The notes under the pieces are model-generated. The model did no database searches, was not told the DNA's origin, and was given only the letters and a program-made list of their open reading frames with translations. DNA of 51,225 nt from Candidatus Omnitrophota bacterium (GTDB taxonomy: Bacteria; Omnitrophota; Gorgyraeia; Pluralincolimonadales; Pluralincolimonadaceae), in NCBI GenBank assembly GCA_028716565.1, contig JAQUPL010000009.1:1-51225 (forward strand), written 5' to 3'. Shown piece by piece: positions 43,921 to 51,225 of the stretch. Numbering within the stretch: position 1 is the stretch's first letter; the number at the start of each line of letters is the position of its first letter. The position numbers and the translations under genes were made by a program.

Positions 43921-45158
43921 TGGCAGAAGAAGAGAAAGCACCTGCACCTTCTCCACCCCAGGCGTTTATTATGAGGTCCGCCGGAGGCGGGATTCTGCCT
44001 CTTGTTGTCGGCGGCGTTGTGGCCGGCGCCATCATCGGCGGCGTTGTTTGGTTTGTAATGCGCGGCGGCGTTGAGGATCTCACTTATTTTGATATCTCTG
44101 TTGAGATAGTGGACCCGGTACTTCCGCGGGGAGGCGTCGCCGAGGTTGAAGTTACAATCACTAATAAATCAGAGTCGGTGCAATCGCCGATCTTGCGCCT
44201 GGATATGTGGGGTACCGGCATATTTGAGTCCCCGATCGAGGGGGCTCCCCAGTCGGTCGGAGCCCTGCAGCCCGGAGAAACCGCGAACGTCATAATCAGT
44301 TATACGCTGCCGGGGGACTGGGGTCCGGGGAAACAGTTGAACGCACAGCTTATTCTGCTTGGCGTCAGCGGGCCGGTATGGACCGCCAGCGCGGCGTTCG
44401 CTATCCAGAGCGATACAGGGGACACGGGCATACTTGAGATAGTTAGTGTGAGGGCCGTTAACCCGTCGCTTGTCGTGGGGAAGGTTCAGCAGGCTCAGGT
44501 TGAGGTTATTGTGAATAACAGCACTCAATCGAATCTCTTACGCACGTTCAGGCTGGACTTAATAGCAGAAAATAAATTAACGCCTTATGAAGGTCAAGAT
44601 AAGTTAATATCTCTACCCGCCGGAGAGCCGACGACATTTACTTTAAGCTGTAACGTACCGATGGACTGGACCGAGCAGCAATCTCCAGTAGCTGCCAAAA
44701 TACAGAACATTGGAGAAGAAGGACCATTCTGGGGCGATGTGGGCGGCAGTGAAGAATTTGAGATATTTACGCTGTTGAACGAGGGAGCTGATTTCCAGGA
44801 TACTGAAAACCTTATCATGACCTCAAAGACGCCGGCGAGCGGACTGCTTTCCAACGGCCAGGCGTTTAGTGTAACGATGAATGTTATTTATAAGGGAGGG
44901 GGAGCTTTTCTGTTTGGCGCCGGGCTGAAAGATGGCAGTGAGGACGGCGTGTGGGCTACTGCGAATGCTCTACTCCCAAGCTCGAGCGATTGGGCTACTG
45001 TGAGCGTGACGATGACAGGAGTGTTCTATTCCACCCTCGGATCAGGTCGTAGCATCGATATGATTAAAGCCGTACAAAAGGTCGGCGGCGACCTGAACAT
45101 CGGTGGCGGCGGTATGATTAAAGCGGATTGGGACAGGGACGTATTTAAAGTAGCGTAG
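43920..45158 (+). CDS. N-terminally anchored multi Ig-like (CARDB-like) membrane protein
   Basis: TM ILPLVVGGVVAGAIIGGVVWFV; EVEVTITNKSE..LQPGETANV repeats. Confidence 0.7.
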   Translation: MAEEEKAPAPSPPQAFIMRSAGGGILPLVVGGVVAGAIIGGVVWFVMRGGVEDLTYFDISVEIVDPVLPRGGVAEVEVTITNKSESVQSPILRLDMWGTGIFESPIEGAPQSVGALQPGETANVIISYTLPGDWGPGKQLNAQLILLGVSGPVWTASAAFAIQSDTGDTGILEIVSVRAVNPSLVVGKVQQAQVEVIVNNSTQSNLLRTFRLDLIAENKLTPYEGQDKLISLPAGEPTTFTLSCNVPMDWTEQQSPVAAKIQNIGEEGPFWGDVGGSEEFEIFTLLNEGADFQDTENLIMTSKTPASGLLSNGQAFSVTMNVIYKGGGAFLFGAGLKDGSEDGVWATANALLPSSSDWATVSVTMTGVFYSTLGSGRSIDMIKAVQKVGGDLNIGGGGMIKADWDRDVFKVA

Positions 45159-45172
45159 CTGGAGGATAAAGG

Positions 45173-45331
45173 ATGAAGAATAATATCAATATCGGCGTTC
45201 TTTTAGGTACGTTTAGTTTGATATTAGGTATATCCAGCGTGACGCTTGGTGTTATATCGCTTTTTAGAAAGCCAGATATAAACGATACTGCGTTCGAATA
45301 TGATATAGATGAGCTTTCACCAGCGGAATAA
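45173..45331 (+). CDS. 52-aa TM protein (not in ORF track)
   Basis: Translated by hand: MKNNINIGVLLGTFSLILGISSVTLGVISLFRK... Confidence 0.55.
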   Translation: MKNNINIGVLLGTFSLILGISSVTLGVISLFRKPDINDTAFEYDIDELSPAE

Positions 45332-45336
45332 CACTA

Positions 45337-45365
45337 TTGACAAACTTTTAATAATCGGATATCGT
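45337..45365 (+). promoter_or_regulatory. sigma70-type promoter of the capsid operon
   Basis: TTGACA-N17-TATCGT. Confidence 0.7.
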
Positions 45366-45371
45366 TCAAAT

Positions 45372-45434
45372 TGAGCCCAGAGACTGTTCGTATTAGGAAA
45401 GGTCTGGGCTCATTTCTTTTTACGACAGTCTCTG
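45372..45434 (+). promoter_or_regulatory. leader with two overlapping alternative stems (attenuator or pseudoknot)
   Basis: 45372-81/45403-12 followed by TTTCTTTT, versus 45378-92/45421-34. Confidence 0.5.
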
Positions 45435-45509
45435 CGGACTCAAAATAAATATCGGTGAGCGTTTTGACGTAACCGTAAAATGAGCGCGTACCGGAGAAAG
45501 AAGGACACC

Positions 45510-45884
45510 ATGGCAGCAAAGGTAAATGTGGTCGCAGGAAGTGCGGGAGCCAAAGCCATCGTCCTCGGGGGCGCTTTCGTCACAGGGCTCGCAATGAGCC
45601 AGCTCGTCAAAGCGAGACCGACATGGGGCATGCCGCTGACCCTTCTCCTGGGAGCAGGAGGTGTCGCGGGCGCCATGTATCTGGACGGTGTTCCGGGTGA
45701 AGCATCAATGGGTATCGCCGCGGCGAGCGTGGCCACCCTCGGTGCGTCACTGCCCTCACTGATGAGTGGCACCAGCACCGGCAGACGGGCCGGGTCCCCG
45801 GTAGCGTTACCGGCGGCCAGGCGCGCAGGGTTACCTGTGGCTTATGACTGGCGCGACACCCAGCCGATAAAACCGCAGGTATAG
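45510..45884 (+). CDS. putative major membrane protein
   Basis: SD AAGAAGGA; three G/A-rich hydrophobic helices; immediately precedes the capsid-like genes. Confidence 0.6.
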   Translation: MAAKVNVVAGSAGAKAIVLGGAFVTGLAMSQLVKARPTWGMPLTLLLGAGGVAGAMYLDGVPGEASMGIAAASVATLGASLPSLMSGTSTGRRAGSPVALPAARRAGLPVAYDWRDTQPIKPQV

Positions 45885-45943
45885 TCAGGGATGATGAGAA
45901 TCAACCCCCAGTATTAACTTATACTTAGAAGGAGGAACCAACC

Positions 45944-46537
45944 ATGGGACTGTTAGATGATCCAAAATATAAGGGAGCATCATTTTCCACTTTCATACCG
46001 TCGGGTGAGCTGACGGTAACAGATCAGAAGAACATGAAGGAATCCGCGATAGCAGCGGGTATGGACCGCGCTATTTACAAGAAGCTTGGCGCAAATGGCG
46101 CTGAGCTCGCAGTACGCGAGATACGCCCGAGTATCGACCTGCCTACAGCCTTCGCCGCCGGCGATCGCTGGATATTCCCGGCGCCCGCAGCCGCGGTAGC
46201 CGCGGCCTTCACCGTCACCAACTGGATCAACGAGCGCGTGCCCGTAAACACAATCCTGGTGTTCTTCGGCGCCGCTTTCGAAGCCGCTGCCCCGGAGATC
46301 TCCGAGATATTCTTCCGCAGCGGCCCCGGCGGAGCTGGTCGCACCGCGGCAGTTGTCAATGTTGAGAGCTGCTACACCAAGATGGAGAGCGACGGGTACT
46401 TCGGTGTCCCTGTCACATACGACCCGCAGGAGAACTGCTTCATCCAGGTGACGAACAGGATCCCAATCGGCGCTGCCGGCACGATCCTTATCCTCAAGGG
46501 GTACGCGATCGAGCCACGCCGCGAGCAGGTCAGCTAA
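45944..46537 (+). CDS. putative single jelly-roll major capsid protein 1
   Basis: Strong SD AAGGAGG; 197 aa; N-terminal helix then about 8 beta strands (ILVFFG, EIFFR, YFGVPVTY, LILKGYAIEP). Confidence 0.5.
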   Translation: MGLLDDPKYKGASFSTFIPSGELTVTDQKNMKESAIAAGMDRAIYKKLGANGAELAVREIRPSIDLPTAFAAGDRWIFPAPAAAVAAAFTVTNWINERVPVNTILVFFGAAFEAAAPEISEIFFRSGPGGAGRTAAVVNVESCYTKMESDGYFGVPVTYDPQENCFIQVTNRIPIGAAGTILILKGYAIEPRREQVS

Positions 46538-46577
46538 CCACTGTGTCCATTAAATTTAGAGAGAGGAGTACAAGCTA

Positions 46578-47039
46578 ATGGGAGTACCACAGGAAACAAA
46601 GGCAACATATAAGACTCTTGTAGAGAGCGACCTTATCCGTTATACCGTTCAGCCGGTCGGTGCGCCGACAGCAGCAGTGTCAGATGCGGCTGCGGGCGCC
46701 TGGGTCTGGTCTGCATACGTGCAGATCGTGGCCGCGGCGGCTGTGCCTAATCCGTGCTGGTTATGCGGAGTGTTCATAACGACTCCAGTCGTGGAGGCGT
46801 TCCTGGCAGACTTCGCCATCGCCAGCGGTGTAGCGTTGGCTGAAGTAGATCTGGCAATGGTCCACTTCGGCAGCGAGCTGTTCGCCGTGGTAGAGGGCAA
46901 AAACACGCCGTATATGCTGCCCCATCCTATACGGATAGTCGGCAGCCCCCGCCTCGCGGTCCGGGTGCGCAAGAGCACAGCCGCGAGCCTTGCAGGCGCA
47001 AGCATGAAATTGCTAATCGCAGCGGCAGTAGGCACATAA
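46578..47039 (+). CDS. putative jelly-roll capsid/vertex protein
   Basis: SD GAGGAG; 153 aa, all-beta pattern. Confidence 0.45.
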   Translation: MGVPQETKATYKTLVESDLIRYTVQPVGAPTAAVSDAAAGAWVWSAYVQIVAAAAVPNPCWLCGVFITTPVVEAFLADFAIASGVALAEVDLAMVHFGSELFAVVEGKNTPYMLPHPIRIVGSPRLAVRVRKSTAASLAGASMKLLIAAAVGT

Positions 47040-47060
47040 GCCTAATATAAGTAGCAACCG

Positions 47061-47087
47061 AGTGGGGGCGGGTCTCCCGCCCCCACT
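47061..47087 (+). terminator. 12-bp GC hairpin between capsid gene pairs (terminator or mRNA stabiliser)
   Basis: AGTGGGGGCGGG/CCCGCCCCCACT; weak U-tract. Confidence 0.6.
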
Positions 47088-47237
47088 ATTCCAGACAATT
47101 GAATACAGACCATTTCAAGGAATGAAGGAACAATGAGAATGGTTGAAACCGCAATACATAAATCAATAGCAATCATAGAGCAGAGGTCAAACCCCCAGCC
47201 GGAGAGCCGCGGGGTTTTATTGTTTTAAAACAGGAGG

Positions 47238-47813
47238 ATGGACATGGCAGAAAGATTGTATGCTGCAAAGGCTGGGCCGATTGACCCCATCGCACTGGTG
47301 AACGAGAACGTGGCGATTTGGATGAAAGCCATGTGGCACCTGTACCGGGTTATGTTCGTTGAGCCGATGCCGCGGTCACAAGCGATGATCTTCGACCAGG
47401 GCGCGCTCGCAGCGCTGGCTAATTCCGGTGATGTGAGACTCATTAACCTGGACCAGCAAACGACACCGCCGGGCATGATACAACTCAGGTGTTTCCCGCT
47501 GGACGATATCCAGGTGGAGGTGAAGCTCGGCAGGGCGGAAAGCAGGTTCACCGCCGCCAATATCTCAGCGCGTGTCGACAGGTTCACAGAGATTAGCGAT
47601 CCGTGCCTGCACACTACCGAGATCGTAATACTGCAGGACAACTCGATATGGGTCAACTGCACCAATCCAACAGCCTATGCCACAGCGATGTCACGGATAG
47701 CGTTCTTCGGCTACCGATACATGCTCGAGGATATGAAGATCGCTGAGAAGACACCTAACGAAGTCAAGCAGAAAGTTAACCAAGTGGTATTCGTGCCGTC
47801 TGGCAGCGATTAG
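47238..47813 (+). CDS. putative single jelly-roll major capsid protein 2
   Basis: SD CAGGAGG; 191 aa, beta-rich; C-terminal RIAFFGYRY parallels LILKGYAIE of 45944..46537. Confidence 0.5.
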   Translation: MDMAERLYAAKAGPIDPIALVNENVAIWMKAMWHLYRVMFVEPMPRSQAMIFDQGALAALANSGDVRLINLDQQTTPPGMIQLRCFPLDDIQVEVKLGRAESRFTAANISARVDRFTEISDPCLHTTEIVILQDNSIWVNCTNPTAYATAMSRIAFFGYRYMLEDMKIAEKTPNEVKQKVNQVVFVPSGSD

Positions 47814-47837
47814 CCGATAACATGAGGAGGTTTGACC

Positions 47838-48188
47838 ATGGTTCAGAATAGATCGGGAATCAGAAAGCAGTCTGCGGTAGTCGTATCGCCGGTAACCGGC
47901 GCGGCTGCTGCACTGTACAATATCACACCGGGCAGGACCGCCATCATCCGCAGGATAATGTGGACCAACGCCTGCGGCGCCGGCTCCAACTTGAGCTTGG
48001 GACAGGGGCTTGCCGGCGCCTTCGCCGCCGTGCTGCCGCCGATAGTGACGCTCACCGGATTAGACGGGCAACTTGAGGAGGGAGACTTCCCAAACGTCGA
48101 GATCCAGTGGACCGCCGCGCTACCCGCGATAACGTTCGAATCGACAGTGCTCGGTATCAGTGTTACTATCGAAGTCGAAGAAATTTAA
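47838..48188 (+). CDS. small jelly-roll-like virion protein
   Basis: SD GAGGAGG; alternating beta pattern ending VTIEVEEI. Confidence 0.5.
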   Translation: MVQNRSGIRKQSAVVVSPVTGAAAALYNITPGRTAIIRRIMWTNACGAGSNLSLGQGLAGAFAAVLPPIVTLTGLDGQLEEGDFPNVEIQWTAALPAITFESTVLGISVTIEVEEI

Positions 48189-48200
48189 AGGAGGCCTCTC

Positions 48201-48704
48201 ATGGCAAAGCAGACAGGGCCTCGTATACCGTTCTCAGTACCGGGAGGAGGAGGCAATTTCCTCGACAAATATATGTCGGCTGATGATAAACTGAAGGTGG
48301 TTGGCGAGCAACTGGAATCATTAACGAATTACTTACAGGAGCTGGGAGGTGAACAAATGACCATGGGAAGAACACAGGAAGTGCCCTTCCAGCAGATATT
48401 AGTTCCAGGGCAAGCGTTAAGGCTGAGCGTCCAATCTCCTTATCCGGGTAAAGTTAGAAAGATACTAAGGCATTGGCCGGCAGGCTGCAATGCCCTGGTC
48501 GATGTCGCCGTAGGCATCGGTAATAAGCGTATACTGCCCGAGACAGGCTTCGTTGCGCTTAATGACGCGACCCCGGTATTTGACAACCTTAATATCCCAG
48601 TGGCCCAGGAGGAAAACATTTGGGTAGATATGCAAAACGGCGACGCGATTAACCCGCACACGATCACTGTGACAGTCACCGTGGAGGAGGATATCAGTGG
48701 CTAG
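48201..48704 (+). CDS. virion protein: N-terminal helix + jelly-roll-like domain (penton-like)
   Basis: SD AAGGAGG; HWPAGCNALVDV..NPHTITVTVTVEE. Confidence 0.5.
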   Translation: MAKQTGPRIPFSVPGGGGNFLDKYMSADDKLKVVGEQLESLTNYLQELGGEQMTMGRTQEVPFQQILVPGQALRLSVQSPYPGKVRKILRHWPAGCNALVDVAVGIGNKRILPETGFVALNDATPVFDNLNIPVAQEENIWVDMQNGDAINPHTITVTVTVEEDISG

Positions 48705-49476
48705 TATCGCGAGAGAATGGACAATAGAACCACGCGGCGTAGGCCTCCCGGACTACTCATCCCAGGCTCCGATCGGCGGGGTGCCGCAGGGGAGCATATA
48801 CACAAACAACGATAACGGCGAGCTGGCCACGCGCCTGGGTGCCTATAACTCCATCGACAGGCGCGGCAGTGTGGTCATCCACGACAACTTTGAGAACGGA
48901 TTATCTTCCTGGGTGCCGACACTTGGGGCCGGCGCGGGCAGTGATTGCGAGTGGAGCACGGAGAGCTTCAGGAACGGCGGATTCAGTATGAAGCTCAGCG
49001 GCGGTCTGGCCACGAATTCTAGTGTGCGGCGTAGTTGGGGCGTAGACAACCCTAACAAAGCGGGTATGGAGTTCTCCTTCGCGATAGAGCTCTTTAATAT
49101 ACTGTCCGGCATCAGTTATTACTCGGATAACGTCAACCAGTATTACGCCATGTGGTACCTGGTGGGGGCACAGCTCTATGTTTTTGATGCTACCGCCGGC
49201 GCAGTCCTTGTTAGTAATGACGTTGAAGCGCTCTTCGACGACCAGAGCTACAATACTATAAAGATGGTATGGGATACTCAGACCGCACTCTATACACGCA
49301 TTTTATTCAACCAGAACGAGTTTGATATCACCCAGCGCAGTGTGCCTTTCTTGCCCGCACCGATAGCCGGTAAGCATATGGCCGCAGAGTTCCAGATAGC
49401 AAGCGCCGCAGCCAGGAATGATTATACTTACCTGGATGATTTTATAGCGACGATCAACGAGCCAAATAACACTTAA
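48697..49476 (+). CDS. virion protein with lectin/carbohydrate-binding-like beta sandwich
   Basis: HDNFENGLSSW..YLDDF bracket typical of laminin-G/ConA-like domains. Confidence 0.5.
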   Translation: MASIAREWTIEPRGVGLPDYSSQAPIGGVPQGSIYTNNDNGELATRLGAYNSIDRRGSVVIHDNFENGLSSWVPTLGAGAGSDCEWSTESFRNGGFSMKLSGGLATNSSVRRSWGVDNPNKAGMEFSFAIELFNILSGISYYSDNVNQYYAMWYLVGAQLYVFDATAGAVLVSNDVEALFDDQSYNTIKMVWDTQTALYTRILFNQNEFDITQRSVPFLPAPIAGKHMAAEFQIASAAARNDYTYLDDFIATINEPNNT

Positions 49477-49486
49477 GAGGTGGGGT

Positions 49487-50161
49487 ATGTCAGCAGGAAG
49501 TAAGATATTTGGGAAGGATTATTTAAGCTCAACTCCTGGTCGTGAAGTTTGGATACCACTGCGCCTGCTTCCGGATGGCTCGATATCCACCATCTCAAGC
49601 GTAGTAGTAGATGAGGGGGTGGCAACTGGGGGCACTAACCTTACCCTTATCGATACCACAAAGAACTGGGGTGTCGATATCATGGAAGGCAGAACGGTTG
49701 AGATTACTCATATTGCTACCGGCATAAGCTACCAGCGATACATAACCACCAATGCAGCTACCGCAATCAGCTTTGACGATCTTGGAGTAGCTGTACTTGC
49801 TGGAGATACTTACCGTATTCTGATCGCCAATAGCCCCATGGAGCCGCAGGTGAGGGCTACCGTACACAACACGGCTTACCTTACTCCGGCCGATTTTCTT
49901 GGAGCGGCCCTGGCGCCTATAATCAGCCCGTCGCTCTTCCGTTGCCAGGTGGCGTGCACCGTTAGCGGAATATTTTACGTGACCATTACCCGCGCCGGCA
50001 ATACCCAGACAGTGGCTTATAACCATGCTGTAGCACTGCCTGCAGGCGCGCTTTTTGAGTTTGATACGCTGGTAGCGGACGGCGATACTATCAATTATCA
50101 ATACGGTATCAACTGCACTATCCAGACATTCAAGGTTTTAGAGATCCCGTCAGCGATTTAA
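49487..50161 (+). CDS. virion/spike adaptor protein
   Basis: SD GAGGTGGG; beta-rich. Confidence 0.5.
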   Translation: MSAGSKIFGKDYLSSTPGREVWIPLRLLPDGSISTISSVVVDEGVATGGTNLTLIDTTKNWGVDIMEGRTVEITHIATGISYQRYITTNAATAISFDDLGVAVLAGDTYRILIANSPMEPQVRATVHNTAYLTPADFLGAALAPIISPSLFRCQVACTVSGIFYVTITRAGNTQTVAYNHAVALPAGALFEFDTLVADGDTINYQYGINCTIQTFKVLEIPSAI

Positions 50162-50171
50162 GGAGTGAGCG

Positions 50172-51225
50172 ATGGCTAAAGGAGGAACACCGTCACAAGG
50201 CCTTTGGATGCCGCCGAGAGTGGCAACTCTTTTTGTGGCGGCTTCCGATTCGCTGGACAAGTGCCGCGCCCAGGCGGACTATATCTGCGACGGCGTGGCG
50301 GACGAAGTTCAGATCAACGCGGCTTTGGCAGATCTGCCGGCGGGCGGCGGGCGAGTGGTGCTCTCCGAGGGTAATTTTATACTGGCGGATCCCATAATAG
50401 TTCCCGGCGATTACATTACTATCGAAGGGCAAAACTTTGCCACCGCAATAGATGGCGCCGGGTTAGCCACCGGCGAGCACGGTATCGTTATCAGTGGTAT
50501 AGCAGGATCAAAGGTAAAAAATCTCGTAATATATACGAGAGGCGGTGGCGGTAAAGTATGCCACTGTATCTTCATAGAAGCCGCCTACGATACTACTTTA
50601 GTTGAAGATGTAGCTATAGTAGAGAGTGATAGCGATGGCATACATATAGAAGGCACGGAATCCGATAATATTGTTATTAGAGGCTGCTGGATAGCTTCTA
50701 CGGATAACCACGGCATTAACATAGTGCCTGATGTAACCGAGCAGAGTCTCAGGTTCTCTATATACAATAACTTTATTACAGCTACAGGAGCCAGCGGTAT
50801 CAATTTTGGTCAGTGTGTGGGGCACTATTACCACAAGATATACAATAACCTGATGACTTCCATCGGGGACAATGGCATAGATTACGGTATCGCTACCGTG
50901 CCGACGTTCGGCCTGATGGAGAGCGAGATCAAAGACAATTATATCTACGGTGCTATCGCCAATGGTATAAGGCTGCTCTCCGACTCCAATAACAACTTCT
51001 TCGAGAACAACTTCATAAGCTCCTGCGGCGGTTACGGTATCAATATCGGCGGTCCCACCTGTATCAATAATCGCCTCATGAACAATGTACTGATCGGTAA
51101 CGTTTCCGGCGCGGCACAGGACTTAGGCGTAGGCACGCAGCTGCCGTTCATCTTCATACCGGTGCCTAATCCCTCGACCAACATCGGCGCGCACCCCGCC
51201 GAGCAGCTCACCGACGACCTGGAAG
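50172..51225 (+). CDS. beta-helix spike protein, N-terminal part (continues at 6..359; 468 aa joined)
   Basis: SD AAGGAG; VAASDS..CDGVADEVQINAALADLPAGGG; PbH1 repeats; no stop before the window end. Confidence 0.85.
   Translation, partial: MAKGGTPSQGLWMPPRVATLFVAASDSLDKCRAQADYICDGVADEVQINAALADLPAGGGRVVLSEGNFILADPIIVPGDYITIEGQNFATAIDGAGLATGEHGIVISGIAGSKVKNLVIYTRGGGGKVCHCIFIEAAYDTTLVEDVAIVESDSDGIHIEGTESDNIVIRGCWIASTDNHGINIVPDVTEQSLRFSIYNNFITATGASGINFGQCVGHYYHKIYNNLMTSIGDNGIDYGIATVPTFGLMESEIKDNYIYGAIANGIRLLSDSNNNFFENNFISSCGGYGINIGGPTCINNRLMNNVLIGNVSGAAQDLGVGTQLPFIFIPVPNPSTNIGAHPAEQLTDDLE

Noticed and set aside
1-51225. tRNA, tmRNA or rRNA genes
   Set aside because: GTTCGA-type T-loop words occur only inside ORFs without cloverleaf context; a tRNAscan/ARAGORN run is still advisable

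Overview
The window appears to be a complete circular 51,219-bp genome of a tailless bacterial virus. Its last 6 nt (TGGAAG) repeat its first 6, and the unterminated last ORF continues in frame into the first ORF. I see no terminase, portal, HK97 capsid, tail, DNA polymerase, primase, helicase, endolysin or tRNA. Instead there is a morphogenesis module (about 42.7 kb through the junction to 6.9 kb) with a major membrane protein, several 120-200 aa beta-rich putative single jelly-roll capsid proteins, a transglutaminase-like protein, Ig-like and beta-helix spikes, and separately a FtsK/HerA-type (A32/Zot-like) ATPase. This is most consistent with a large membrane-containing, Halopanivirales-like virus (inference, no structure search run). 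The host is bacterial: sigma70 promoters, SD sites, dnaN and def. Genes run in two near-equal arms diverging from an AT-rich origin-like region (39.8-40.3 kb) and converging on a bidirectional terminator at 15.9 kb. Best leads: (1) a helically phased TTATGCAC(A) DnaA-box-like motif clustered at the putative origin, at the parB-like promoter and around a stand-alone DnaA-domain-IV-like gene; (2) a sigma-like gene with a five-copy bipartite TTATGTC-N15-ATATGTA motif and an adjacent ~0.9 kb highly structured non-coding region; (3) Ig-like spike proteins split so that one protein's C-terminal strand may complete the next protein's fold. All functional calls come from motif recognition by eye.
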